The position numbers and the translations under genes are program-made. Below, one piece after another: positions 33,501 through 47,447 of a stretch of 64,000 nt of DNA (the stretch's first letter is position 1; every line of letters starts with the position of its first letter). The DNA is from a virus. Its lineage: Duplodnaviria > Heunggongvirae > Uroviricota > Caudoviricetes. Where the stretch lies: the IMG/VR virus record IMGVR_UViG_3300030339_000005; one strand, 5' to 3'. Under the pieces are notes generated by a model. It saw only the letters and a list, made by a program, of their open reading frames with translations, made no database searches and was not told where the DNA came from.

Positions 33501-36500
33501 ATAGAAAGCTTTTAGACTATCAAAGATACTCTTTTCTTTTGCTGCGGATAAATTAAAAACAAAATAATCGAACTCTCTACCTTGAACCTTTTTAGGAGTT
33601 ACTGCAATGTAACTAGGTTCAAATATTCCAGCTTTATCTAATTTAATTTTTAAATCATCAGAGATAACTCCAGAACTATCTGTTAGAATACCAATAGTTC
33701 TTTGCGGGTTTTCTTTAATTGCTTTAGCAATTGAAAGTAAAGCATCCATTGGAACAGCTCCTTCTACTACTTTATCGCCATTAAAGACATTTGCACTTTG
33801 AAAATATTTTAAAGTAATTCCATCTTTTAAGAAGTTCTCAAAGACAGATTGAGTTGATTTTTGAGAATCTAATCAAATTCTACTAATATTTCTAATTGTG
33901 GTAGAAACAATATCATTATTGTCTCTTTTTTGATTATTCTGTGCTCTAATAGTTAAGAATAAACTCGGAGCAAAAATTCCTGAAACACGACCAACATTAT
34001 AGTTAATCCCATTAAAATCAACACCTTTTTGTAAGGTGTCACCGGCTGCAAATATTTTAACGACTTTTCCATCATTAGCCATTGCTCTTTTAGATACTTC
34101 ATTAATTAATGATTGCTCTAAAGCTGTATAATGACTAATTTCATCAATAAAGATAATTTCAGGCAAATCAGTAGGAATATCAAATTCAGGCGTACTCTTG
34201 AAGAACAGATGATCTTCATAATTAGACTTTAAAGTAGCCCCTTCGGTATTTCGTTCAATGTCAGTATTTTCATCCTTCTTGATATTATCAATTACATCTT
34301 TTAAACCAAGTCTGGCAAATAACTGATCTTTCGATAAAGTATTTGTAGTATATTTAGTTTTATCTAATCCACTTAGTACATCATTTTCAAGCTTTGTAGC
34401 CTGTTCAATTTCAGGACCAGAGAATCAAACATCAAGATGAGAGTTAGATTGAGACATCATTGCTAAGTACAATTTATACATTACTGTAGTCTTCCCTGTA
34501 CCAGCATTACCTAGAATATAAGTTATTAAAGTAGTATCATATGCTCAAACGCCATCTATTTCATCAGTTTTTTGAATAGGAGATAACTCTTGAAGAATTT
34601 CTGAAAATAATTCAGGATTAATAGTTGAGGCATACATAATTTTAATTCCTAATTCTTGTGTAAAGAATGGAGCTTTATCAAATGTAGTCTTTAGTGCATT
34701 TAACATTTTAATATTAAAGTCACTTGATTTTACAGACATTGTTCCTAATAAATATAATAACATGTCATTGTTACTAACTGCCTTAATGTCTTTTGTAATT
34801 TCATCTTGACCATTAGAAGAATAAATACTTTCAATCCTATTATCAAAAGAAAATAGATTACTTAATATTTTTCCAATTGCAACTTTATCTTGTATACTAT
34901 ATTCTTTTACATTTTCATAGAATGAATTCTCTATTGTTAATAATTTTTCTTCATCAGATAGATCTGAACTTAAAGTATCAGTAATATTAGGAATAATTGC
35001 TTTATCCTTATATGTTAAATTCTTTTTAATTAGTTCACTTCAATTATTAATTAAAAGCTTATTAAATTTGGTCTTAATTAATATTTGTTCCTTAGCTAGA
35101 AGACCTGAGTTATATTTAGATAGATCTTTTAAAAATTGTAATTTTATTCTAACTCTTTCTAACTCTTTAATAATTAATGCTGCTTGATCAGAGGTAATTG
35201 AAACCAAGTCTTTCACATCCGATTCAATTTTATTTCGCGCAGCAAAACTTTGACGAGCTGCAATAAATCCTATAGGATCAGCATAAGTAAGTTGAGTACT
35301 ACTTGCACCCCTTACAATGCTTTCAAGCATTTTAATTGTATTAATTGAAGTAGTTAGATCAGAAGTTTTATAACCACTGGAGAAATAAGAATCTAGGGTT
35401 GAACTTTCAGCTAATTTAGCTTCTTCACTCTCTAAAATATCTCAGATTTTTCCAACAGTTAGTTTTGAATCTCGGTCCAAAAATACATCAAATTTTCTAA
35501 TAAAATTATATACTGAGTTTTGTTTAAACATCTTATCATTAGCAGTTAATTGATTTAACTCTAAGACAGGTTTAAGTGCGTTTCCATTATTTAAGATCTT
35601 TGATACAACTTGTCGGAGTCCAGTAATATTTGAAAGTAAATATTCTTGTTGACTTGGATTTGCAGATGCAATTGAGTCAATTGCTCTTTTTATTCCTTCT
35701 GGTAAATTTTCTCCTATAGCTCCAGCATATTGTCAAAACCCATCAATAAAATCTGGATTTTCGCTTTGTGATTCTGACACCATTTGACGCAAGCCAGATA
35801 AGATAGATTGCAGTTCTGAATTAGATAATGAAGCTAATTTTAAGATATCTGCATCAGATAGACTAAATGTAGAGGAAAGTGCTTTAATAGGTTTTAAATA
35901 ACCTGAGACAACTTTCTTAGCTAATATTAATAATTCTCCATCCAGATTTTTATTATTTTTTAATTCTCCAATTAAAGCAGGTAATAAAGCATCTGTTGTT
36001 CCAAAAATTGAAGGCTGATTTGCTAACAATTCTTGTTTTAATTCATTTGTTGCGCTTTGAAAATTATTATATGTATTAGCATCTTGATTATAGCGTTTGA
36101 TTTCTCCATTAAGTAGATTTACCACATTATCTAAGGATGTGTTAAATGTTTCTAAAGCATTAATAATATCAGGATTTGTTCCAGTATATTCATCTCCAGC
36201 TAGAATAGCTTTCTTTTCTTCATCAGAAATATTAGCATTATTAACAACATTAGTAAGATCTTCTGTAATTTTAGGTAAATCAGCATTTACTCCAAGAGTT
36301 GAAGCATATCGTACTAATTCATCAATTGGTGTTTGTTCAGTAACTGAAGGTAGAGCTGTGACCTTTCCAGGCATACTAATAAATCTATCTAAAATGTCAG
36401 TAGATAATCCTTCGGTAGCTATATGAGATTCTTGTAATTGTTGAACTGAGTCATTAAAATTCTTCTTGAATTCTTCTAATTCTTCATAAGGTACTAACTT

Positions 36501-39500
36501 AGCAACTAGCTGTCTTTTATTAATTTCTTTGAATAATTCTTCTTTACGTGCGTATTTATTAGGATCAGACTCAGCACCATCAATTGTAATTGAATTAAAT
36601 TCAGTTACTAATGGATTAAAAGCTGCATCATTTTGTTCTCTAATTTCACCATTTTCACGTTCAATTTGATCACTAAAGAGTTTACTAATTGTATCATAGT
36701 TAAGTTGTTCAGGAGGCAAAGAATCAATAATTGATTCTAAAACTTTAGCTACAAGTTCTTTCTTTTTAATTACTTGATCACCAAATTGAATAACTCCATC
36801 TTCATCTTCCATAGTAAAAGCTTTTGTTCCCATTAATGTTTGTGACATTTGAGAATTAATAGCCTCTCATGGAAGGACTCTATTACCAGTCTTTTCTTCA
36901 ATTTGTTTAGCTTGTTGTAAGAATCTTTGAACCTTTGGAACAGAACTTTCTCCGTCTTTAGTATCAAATAAATCTTGAGTAATAGCTAGATTTAATAAAT
37001 TTTTTCAAGTTTTTGCAGATTCGTCTATATAACCTGATGCTACATGTTCTCCTAATATAGGATTAAATTTTTGTTCAAGATTTAAATAAGCTTTATATCC
37101 TAAGTCTAAATATTGTCTTAAATCTTTATTTGCAACATAATCTGCAAATTCTTTATCAACTCGTTCCTTACTTAATGACATTGTGCCTTTGTCTGGCAAA
37201 TTATTATACGGAGTATTATATTTAGCTTCAACAAACGATTCTTTATCAATTGCAACAAAATCACTACTAATTGGTTTAGATAAGTATCATGCAGCTTCTC
37301 CAAAATAACGTTCAGCTTGATTACCCTCAAGAATATCTTGAACAATTAATTTATAACTATCGCGTTCTTGAGATAATCTTTGTACTTCTTCTGAGTTTTC
37401 ATCAACCTTTTCGCCAGCTTTTCCATTTAAGCTATTAATTTTAGAACTTAAATCTAAGATTTTTCCTCTATAAGATTTATACTCTTCTAATATTAAGCCC
37501 TCTAAACCAGTTCCTGATGCTTTTTTATCAGCTCTTAATTGCTGAATTAATATATCATCACGAAGAGCTTTTCTTACAACTTCTTCATCACTAGATCCTA
37601 AATCTTGAGAATTTAATAATCCATCAATAGATTCTACCATATTAATTGCTCTTCCAGCAATAATATCAGCAGAAGATAAAGTGCCACTATCAGCTATATC
37701 AAATGTTCCATCGTCCTTGATTGGGCTAATGTAAGTATTACCCCATGAACTTTTATGTTCATTGATAATCTTAATAATATCATCTTTTTTACCATTTGCA
37801 ATTAAATCATAAATATCCTCTTTAGTATCAGTAGGCAATTGATGATGAATTCAAGGATCAATTCTTGATTGTTGAAATTCAAACATAGATCCACCAATAA
37901 GACCACCAACAAAGTTAGCTAAATAATTTTCTAATCCAGCTTGACTAAAGACAGTACTAAAACCACCCATAGATCCTTGATTTTTAGTTAATCCAAGGTA
38001 AGATAAAATATCTACAACTCCTTTAGTAGCATCTAATACAGCTTGTTCTGTAACTTCTTCAACACCTTCTACTACTGAATTCTTTCACATAGCTTCGCCT
38101 AAAACGGCTGGTGTCATAAAAGTATTATGTAAAGCATCTTTGATTTTTCCGAATGTTCCAGCTAAGCTAGCTTTTCCAACAGAAGCGTCTTTAGCCACTT
38201 CTGTTAATCCATCTTTAACATCATCAAGAAATGGCAATATACTTTTTCTCATAAGAGCTTGGTTTGTACCAAGACTATATCCTGTAGTTTTATCTAAGAA
38301 TCAGTCACCCATTCTGTTATTGGCCATGATACCATACTGTCCTGCAGCTGCACTTAAGGCAGCAAAACCAGCAGTACGACGATCATATCCTCCAGCTAGT
38401 GCTTGAGAATATACATCTGCTGACTGTAACATTGACATATAACCTAATGATAATGCTTTAGATAATTTAGATTGTGAATCCATTTCAGCAGCTAACTCAG
38501 GAATTTTATTAATCGCGTTTTGACGAATTTTTAGAAAATCGTCCACAGATAATTTATTATCAATTAAATCGCCAGTTAATTCATCATCAATAGTTTTTAA
38601 GAGTTCTTCACCTTTTGCTGAAATCTTATTCATTGCAGGCTTCTTAATAAGCATTGATAAACTAGCAGCTGCTCTTTGTTCATAAATCTGACTAAAGACT
38701 GAGCCAACCATTTGACTTAATTGCTCGTAATTAAAGAAAGAATTCGAACCTTGATCTGATACTGATTGTTGGTTAAACTTAGACATATAACTTTCAGCTG
38801 CTGTTGCAGCATCATTTAAAGGCGTTTTTGTATCCCCCAATAACATTCCTTCAAATGCTTTATAAAATGTTGGAAGTATAGAACCTAATGAAACAGCAGC
38901 TTTTAATCCTCCATAAACTTCAGCAACACCTGCCACAGGAATAAAGAATGGAGCAATTTCAAAGATCATTTTCGCTGTTGTTCCCATAATAGATTTATCT
39001 CTACTATCCGAGTCTAAAAAGTCAAATTGATTTGCTAATGAGCCGTCTGTAGTTAATAAATCCATCGGACTTACAACTTGGCGGCCATAAATTTCTCTAT
39101 TACCTAATTTTTCTAAAAATAGATTTCCATTATCATCATATTTTCATTCACCTTTTTTATGATTGACCATGCGATTTGTCTCTGGATCTTTATGCATTCC
39201 ATCCTCATCCCATTGACCATAAACTAATGTATCCCCAAAGAATTTAGTTAATATTCCTAAATCATTAGCAGATTCATTACTCCATGTCTTAGTATCTGGA
39301 TCATAAACCTTATTTTGTTGCGCAAGTTCTCTAACACTTAAAGGGTTCTCGTCAACACTATTAATACCACTCCTACTATATAAGTATTTAAATGGATTAA
39401 AGTCTAACTTAAACTCTACTTCAGGTGTAAACGTTTTTGATTCTAACGGGCGAGTTATATCAAATGGACTATAAACAGCTTTTCCTAGATTATCTAGGAA

Positions 39501-39746
39501 ATTTTCATCTGTCATCTCTTTATAATGTGATGCTGCTTTATTAAAAGCCAAATCAAATCCTGATGAGTCAAACTGACCATCAGGTGTTTTAAACTTATCC
39601 TGCACGAATTTACTTTGCAAATAATCCTCTTTCTTATAAAAAGAGGTATTATCTGGCGTAAGATCTGCAGACATAAGATCATAAGTTGTTGATTCTGGGT
39701 TATTTAATGAGGCAACAAATATATCATTAGGTTTTGTTATTTCCAT
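30585..39746 (-). CDS. Giant cargo/ejection-type protein (about 3053 aa, code 4) with hydrophobic segments and an SF1 helicase domain
   Basis: Thirteen fragments in one frame; GNAGTGKT (34488-34511), IIFIDE, AGDTLQ, QGREFD and YTYLSRA; TAA at 30585. Confidence 0.85.
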
Positions 39747-39749
39747 ATA

Positions 39750-41600
39750 TTATTTATTTAAAAATGCTCCGCTAGTTGAATTAACAACTTTCTGATTAGA
39801 GTATAGATTATTTGTCTGAACTGTTCCCATAGTAGGGATCTGTTCCCTAGGCCCTTGTCCTACCATAGCATCTACGATAGCAGCATAACCTTGTCTATAT
39901 GGAATTGTGATCATTCCTTTATAATAATCTTCAACATGTCAAGATTTATCGGGAGTATGATTAATTGTTTTCTTTCCAACTGTTTCTACTCACACCTTTT
40001 TAAGCTGTGGCATAATACGTGTTTCTTCATCTCGTGATAATTTTGTAATAAATGAATTATTATCTGTTAATGTTGTGCCATCATTTGTATAGCCTCCCAT
40101 TACTCAGAATGGCTTAACTTTAGAGTTGTCTCTAATAATTTTTACCTTATCTCCATCTTCATACTTTTCATCTATCTGCAAATTGTAATTATTACGTTTG
40201 AAGAAATCCATGGATTGTTGCGCAGACCAATGATCTTTATTTGACTCATATACTGCATAGATTTCTTTAAACTTGGCAAACTCCTTATAATCTGGGGCAC
40301 CACTACTGTCCACAGGCATATATACTTTCGCACCATCTTGGCCATTATAAATTAAGTTATTAAATTCGGTTGGATCCACTAATTTATCACCAAAGTAAAC
40401 TTTACTTGGTTCTAAGAATTGATTATATCCTGCATTTAGGACATTTTGTAAAGTTGTCATTCCAACACTTTGCCCATCTGGAGTAATTACTGGAGATACT
40501 CCAGCAATAGATCCATTAAATAGAACTCCAAGTTTTGGATCATTAAAAGTAAAGTGACTTTGAGGAGACATTAATTTGTCCTTATGTAAAAGTTGAAATT
40601 GAGTTAATGATCTCATTCCAGATCCTCCAGAACCATCGCTCGATGCACCAGTAGATGTAACTGGAGTAACAGATGATGATTGAGAAATATTTGTTTGAGT
40701 CATAATCATATCATAAATAAATTTACTTGGATTTGATTCTCCATTAAGTGCTGCTATTGCGGCTAATTTTTGTTGTTTATGTGGATCTAGAGTTCTTCAA
40801 ATATAATTTAAAGCTACATCCGCATGAGCTCGTTCAGTCTTAACTCCAGAAGTTATTTTATTTAATTCCTGAATTCCGGCCATTTCAGCATAACTAGGTT
40901 TAACACCTGTAGCTCCTGCCATCTTTTGTGCTAACTGAGCTTTTGAAACAAATTTAGTATCTTCAGAAGATTCTTCTCCTAATGATGCTATAATAGCTCT
41001 AATATCATTATTAATCTTTTCTACTCCAGTAGAGTTTTGAGCGACGTCAAAAACATCTTCTCTACCAGTTAAATTTGGATTATAACGACGTTCACTTAAT
41101 AACTCACTAACAGTTAAGGCTTGATATTTTCCTTTGCCTTTTGCAAAATCTTTAGTTGAGATGGTTTGAACTTGTCCACCATCATTTTTGACATACATCA
41201 ATCCACTACTATTTACAGCCACTTCTCCTATTCCACCTGAACTTTCAGCAACAGAATTTGCTTTATCTCAAGCAAGTTTACTATTTCGAAGTTCATTAAC
41301 CTTTCCAATCATTCTTAAAGCTAATGTTCGATTAGCTGAACTAGTATAAGGAGTATTTCCTTGAGATTTTTCCAAATCAATTAATTCTGAAACAAGTGCA
41401 TTAACATCATTAGTTAGTCCACCCTTTGTTAAGAGTTCTTTAAAAGTATCATCATCTAATATTGAAGCTGGTTCTTTTGAAGTAGTACTAGAATTCGTTT
41501 GAGAATTTGTAGATCCAAAAGAACTGGCAGGAGAGTGTATAATAGGGGTGAATGTTGCAAATCCACCCCCATTTTGAAATTTTTCTATATTTACTTTCAT
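39750..41600 (-). CDS. Virion cargo-type protein (about 616 aa, code 4)
   Basis: Fragments at 41268, 40797 and 40104 are in frame; starts MKVNIEKFQNGGG; TAA at 39750. Confidence 0.8.
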
Positions 41601-41601
41601 A

Positions 41602-44600
41602 TTATTTAAAGACCTTTATTAAAGATTTTTCTAGCATTTCATTATTATGTAAAATAGCTTTAAAGACTAAATCCAAGTCTTTCTCATTACTTCTTTTTGC
41701 ATCCCTCATGTTATCGTAATCAATTTTATCTTGTAGTGTCATAGTTCCTCCAGATTTTCTAAAATACATTTGACTTTGTAAATTATATAATTTTAATTTA
41801 TTAGCTTCAAGTTTTTTAGTTTGAGGTTCTAATTTTGCTGCAGTTCCCTTTTTGAGAGCATCTCAATTTTTAAAATAATCCGATTCTTCTCATGGTGTAG
41901 CATAGTTTCCTCCAGCTAATTTAGCAGCTCCAACTGCATCAGTATATTGTTTATAATATGCTTGTTGTGTTTCAGGTGATGCTGCATCTGAGGCTTCCTT
42001 TATTAACTTTTGATAATTTTCATCATTATATAATGAGGAACTTTCTTCCATAGTGTTTCTCATTTTTTTAGGTAAAATATTTCTTTCTAGTCCTGTTAAT
42101 AAATTCGTTACTGCTGTATTTTGAGCTAATGCTTCATTAGAACTAACTAGTTGAATTTGCTTATTTACATTGGCATCTATAGCTCTATTTTGTCCAGTAA
42201 TTTGAGCATTTTGAGCATCTACTCGAGCATCTGCAGCAACTTGTTGATTTGTTAATTGATCTAAACGCTCTCTATCAGAATATTGACCTTTTGCAATCAT
42301 TTCTGCACTTTTATTTGCTCCTTCTGATTGAATAGCAATAGAACGGTCTAAATCGCCTTGGGCTCCTGCCATATTTTGATATTTCCTCTGAAGCTGTGTA
42401 GCTTGTCCCTGAGCCATTGTTGTAAATGGAGTAGATTTTCTTGTATATGATTTAGATAATGTTGGAATTGTATAACGACTTTCATTTGCGGCAGCTCTTT
42501 GTCTATTACCTACAATTTTATTAGTAGCAATTGTTGAGGCTGCCATTCCAAGATTTGATAAATCGGTTAAATCAAATCCTTTAGCGGCTCCACTAATTGC
42601 TCCAAGAGCTTGATTAAGAAAACCTGGTTTTTGATTAACTTGCTTGGATCCTGTAATAGTAGTCATCATGCCCATTAAAGCTTTTTCTTGTGCTGTTAAT
42701 TGACGTGCATATCCACCAGCTTGAAATTTTATAATTCCACCTCTAGCTTTTTTAGGAGCTCTTGTTCTAGTTTTTTTAACTTTTGAAGCAACTGGTACTT
42801 CAGGAACAGCAGGTGTTTCTGCTAATTTCAAGGCTGCTAATTCATCAGCTTTTGCTTTAGCAATTTTTGCTTCTTCGGTAGCTTTAGCTGTAGCAACTTG
42901 TTCAGTGACTTGTTTAGTTTTATTTCGAGCATCTCATCCAGATTGGATTCTGGCACGTCTAGCCTCAGTAATAGATTCTACAATTTCGGGTTGATATTTC
43001 TTAATATGAGCTTTTGCTAATTCATAATCTCTAACATTAATAGAACGATCTTTATTAATTGGTTGAACATTCTTAGCTAATTTATAAGCCCCAGAAGTTT
43101 CACTAGGAATAAATTGAGATTTTAGAGTACTTGGGTCTAATAATTCATTAATTTGAGTTTCAGTTAATGTTTTATCTTTGCCAACTAATTTAATTACAGA
43201 TTCTTTAAATTTCTTTGCAGTTTCTGAATTTGCTGCATCTACAGTTTCTTGTTTTCCAAATAATGATTTTTTAGCAAATTTTGGTATTTCAAGTTTTCCA
43301 TTAATTGTAATTGGTTCTTCATCAAGAGTTAAAATAGTTTTATCAGACGTTGAAGCGGTTGGTACAGTTTGACGTTTAATTGCTCTAATACCCATGGCAT
43401 CTTTTGCTCAAACATTCCCCATAGCACCTGTCATAAGTATATTTTTTAGATCAGATGGTTTTGTATATTCAATACCATTTTCATGCCAATCCTTTGCAAA
43501 ATTAACTCCAGAAATTACTCCTGGTGCCACTGTTCCAACTCTTAATAAGGTTTGAGCTGTTTTTGATTGAGTTAAGAATTTTAACTCACCTTTTGCAGCA
43601 TCTCCCATTCCTTTAGCATAATGTCCTAAAGCTGCACTTCCTAAAATTGGTTTTGAAGAGTCCTTTAAAGTATTTAATACTTTTAATCCTTCTTCAAACG
43701 CTGCTTTTTCTTCTTTTCCTTTTAATCCTCTTGATAGGGAAACATGTTCTGCTAATTCACCAGTAGTTTTAGCCCCATATTTTTCTCCGAGACTTATTAC
43801 TTTTTGTAGTGATTCTAATTCTGGTTCTGCAAGAGCTATTTTACTAGTTCTACTTGCTATTTTAGCTAAATCCAATCCAGTTTCAGCTACTTTTCCAGCT
43901 TTTAGTAAAGCTTTTACTCCACCCAATCCAATTGCAGAAAGACCTAAAAATCCTAAATTTAATAGATGATTTCCTCAATTATCAATTTTACCATCTCTAG
44001 CATCCTTAACAAAATCAGCACCAAGTGTAACACCAGCTCCAAGTGCTCCATAAACAGGAATAAAAGAACCTACTGATCCAGCAATTGATGCCACATCTAA
44101 AGCTTTATCGATTCCATCCTCTTCTTTTCAAGTTCCAGTAATATTTTTTACTTTTGAAGTAGGTGATGATGTATTTGAACTTGTCTGTGATTCTAATTGT
44201 TTTTTATACTCTGCAAAAGACATACCTTTCTGAGCCATAATTATACCACCTTCTTTATGTAACTGTGTTCCATTAATTAAGGCATAATATTTAATTAGAG
44301 AATCATATACTTGTTCTTTAAGACCAGGGTTACTTAATAAAGCTGGATCATGAGTCAATGCTCATTTTAATGAGCCAGCTGCTTTAGTTCGATCATCACT
44401 AATTTCATTATCATGAATCGCCTGAGCAATTTCATTATAGTCTACTTTATAGTCATAAGAATTAGAATTATGTGTTCCTTGTTGTAAGGCTGGAAAAATG
44501 TTATTATAGTCACGAATTTTAGTGGCAGTATTTCCATATCCTAAAATATTTAGTTTAACAGGTCTCAAATGTTGATCTAAATACATTCCTGTATTATTAT

Positions 44601-45870
44601 CTCAATTTAACTTAAATTTATTTCCACCCTGTTCAACAACTAAACTTTTAGTAAAATCTCTACGTCCTAATTTATCCGTATTATATTTACTTCCATCATC
44701 TTCAGATCAACCATATACTTTAGCATCTGGAAGGTCAGTTTTGAGGTCCATTCCAATGTTATCCTTTTCATGTGGATCTAAACCTCATTGCATATCTGCA
44801 TTATTCTTATGATTTTGTGGATTATAAAAATGAAAACCTTCTAAATCATTATTTCATGAATATCCATATCCAGGATGAAACCTGTCTTGAATACCATAAT
44901 TAAAGAAATTATTGTTGGCTATCATTACATGTTTGCCTGCATCATTTTTAAGAATTTTAACCTGATGTGCTTTTAAAATATCGTCTAATCAAGGTGTTTT
45001 TTCATATCCCTGAGGTCTTCAATTTGCATCTTCAGTTGTATAACCCGCGTTGGTTAAAACATCCTTAGCAGGTCCAGTAATGCCTATATTATGGAAAAAA
45101 TCACCAGATTGTTTAGTCTTTGTTGCAAGATTTTTTTCTTCATAAATTTTAGCCTGATCTTCATCAATTAGATAATCATTTAAAACTCAACCTAATTTTG
45201 AAGAAGCTTGTTTAACTGATTCTCAGTCAGGAGTTCCAGAATTTAAAAGTTGATCTAAGTGTTTAACATCTTCTAGATCACTATAATCAAATTTTCCTTT
45301 ACTTTCAGCATAACTATTTAAATACTTTTTAACATTGCCTTTTGCAAGATCATATATCTTGGTTTTTCTTGCATCATCAGTATTAAGTTTTAGTCACTCT
45401 GTTTCAAAATTATCTGGAGTAACATAAGCATCTTTACTAAATGTATAATCTCTTAGATTTTGAATTGAAATTTTTGGTAAGGACGAAACGATAGGAGTTG
45501 TGGGTGAGGAAGGCCCTTTCATATTTTTTAAGGCTTTACTATAAATAGCGGCAGCAACAGACATAGCATCATCATCTCCAGCAATTTTTAAATTTCCTGT
45601 AAGTCAATTACTATGAATTTCATCCGCACTACCTTTAAATTGACTATTGTTTGGTCCTGTGACTGTATATGTTTGCGCAACATCATCTGTATTAAAGGCT
45701 TTACCTCCATCAGATGTTGCAAAGTAATCACGAAACTTAGTTAAAGCATCGCGAACTTTTCTTTCGTCTTTACTTCTTAGCTGAAATGAACCTAGTTGCT
45801 TATTTAGTTCCTCGTCTAAAGCATTGCGGTCTATTGTGTCACCAGCTTTTAATTTTTTTATTAACGCCAT
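41602..45870 (-). CDS. Large cargo/ejection-type protein with membrane-like segments (about 1422 aa, code 4)
   Basis: Six fragments in frame; hydrophobic stretch ASIAGSVGSFIPVYGALGAGVTLG...LLNLGFLGLSAIGLGG; TAA at 41602. Confidence 0.8.
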
Positions 45871-45896
45871 ATGTTTATATTATTGTATGTTTATTC

Positions 45897-45931
45897 AAAA
45901 AAGGGGAAACAGGTCATACTGCTTCCCCTTT
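45897..45931 (-). terminator. Intrinsic terminator or attenuator upstream of the giant-protein block
   Basis: Minus-strand AAAGGGGAAGCAG-TATGAC-CTGTTTCCCCTTT followed by a further U tract; the G-U pair works on the - strand. Confidence 0.75.
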
Positions 45932-45952
45932 AAGGTAGGCCTCATTATCTGC

Positions 45953-46231
45953 CTAGTTTGTTCTTACCAATTTACCACCTTTTCTTTGATAAGTTGGTTG
46001 TTGAGGTTGTTCTTGGGCACCTTGTAACAATTGCATAATCATCTGTGCTAACATTGCTGCTGCCTCTGGACCAACTTGTTGAATGATTTGTTGTGCCATT
46101 TGAGCTACTTGTTCTTCAGGTCCTCCTGCTGCAGGTGCTCCACCTTGTTCTCCACCTTGTTGTTCTGGTGCTGGTGCACCTTGTTCGGGGGCTGGGGCAG
46201 CTCCACCTTCTTGAAATCTTTTAATTTTCAT
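45953..46231 (-). CDS. Small Gln/Pro/Ala/Gly-rich virion-associated protein
   Basis: MKIKRFQEGGAAPAPEQG...QQIIQQ...YQRKGGKLV; TAG stop. Confidence 0.8.
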   Translation of the reverse strand: MKIKRFQEGGAAPAPEQGAPAPEQQGGEQGGAPAAGGPEEQVAQMAQQIIQQVGPEAAAMLAQMIMQLLQGAQEQPQQPTYQRKGGKLVRTN

Positions 46232-46238
46232 TTTTTAA

Positions 46239-47165
46239 TTAATTTTTGGATTTTACAAATTCAGGCTCATTTGTTTCTTGAGTCTGTAGAAATTTAAATA
46301 CTCGTTTGCCTAAAGCTTTATAATCATTATCATTCTGTGTCGAATATGCTTTCTTAGCAAACCTAATTAAGGTTCTAGTATTTGCTCTACTAAATATTCT
46401 TTCTCCTCCATCAAGTTCCATTTGGGATTCTCCGTTAGAGTCTAACACAAGCATTTTGTCTTTATTTATCTGACTTTCAGGAGAGAGATCTAACTCATCT
46501 CCTGGCTTTATTCCGGAGTTTACATTTACTTCTAATACAAAAGAGACATTCATTTCTGACATTGGTTCTTCTGAATTTGGAACTCCTTGATGAACTGATA
46601 TAACTTCTAATTCATCATTTATAAAAATTATATCTAAAGGAATAAGAGTATCTTTCATTCAAAAAGAAACTTCATCTGGTTCATCAAACACAAATAACAT
46701 TCCTTTATTATTATCTAAGGATTCTCTATTTGATAATCCAATTTCTTTTTCTTCTTCTGTTTTAGCAATTTCTACAGTAAAAGTTTTATCGCCAATAGCA
46801 ATCTTAACAAGTTTACTATCAACTTCTATTTCATGTTGTTTAGCAACTTGGTTGTCCTCTTCTTTCTGTATATTAGTTAATTCATTATTAAACGAATTAA
46901 TTTTTGTTTGAAGATCTTGAACTGTTTTACTATACTTAGCTTTAATATCTATTAAACTTTCTATAGTTTTAATAGGAGATTGTGATAAATTAGATGCTTT
47001 TCTTAATGCATTAATTTGCTTTTGTAATTGTTTATATTTATCAAGAACTAAAGTAATTCCAATTTCTTGTTGTTGTTCTTCTGTAGTGACATCTTTAGTT
47101 AAATCATTAAACTTAGTTTTTAATTCTTCTAATGACGTATTATTGAAACAAGTTATTTGTGTCAT
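46239..47165 (-). CDS. Coiled-coil plus DUF192 protein (about 308 aa, code 4)
   Basis: ORFs 46659..47165 and 46239..46658 abut at a single TGA that restores GMLFVFDEPDEVSF-W-MKDTLIPLDIIFI. Confidence 0.92.
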
Positions 47166-47186
47166 ATAAATAGTTTAAATTGTAAG

Positions 47187-47447
47187 TTAATTTTGACATT
47201 GTAAAAACATCTTTAAAATATTAAGAATTTCATCATCTTCATTATAAATTCTTCTTTGTCTATGAAGATATTCAGCAATTGGTTTTTGATGTTCAATCAC
47301 ATTTCTTCCTGCATGTCCACTATCTCCACCACGACCTTTAATAGGTGTTGGTAAGGCTAAATAATCTAAATATCCATTACTAGCTATTGCTAATGTCTTT
47401 TTTTGTTTGGATAAATATCCGTCTGATGTTATTCCTAATGTAAACAT
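47187..47447 (-). CDS. Small hypothetical protein of the tail cassette
   Basis: 86 aa; ITSDGYL / IASNGYL duplicated motif; TAATG-coupled. Confidence 0.7.
   Translation of the reverse strand: MFTLGITSDGYLSKQKKTLAIASNGYLDYLALPTPIKGRGGDSGHAGRNVIEHQKPIAEYLHRQRRIYNEDDEILNILKMFLQCQN

Noticed and set aside
20635-39746. Inteins or self-splicing introns in the giant genes
   Set aside because: No intein C...HN junctions, homing endonuclease motifs or frame breaks were seen; the insert in the RNAP is a metallopeptidase-like domain.
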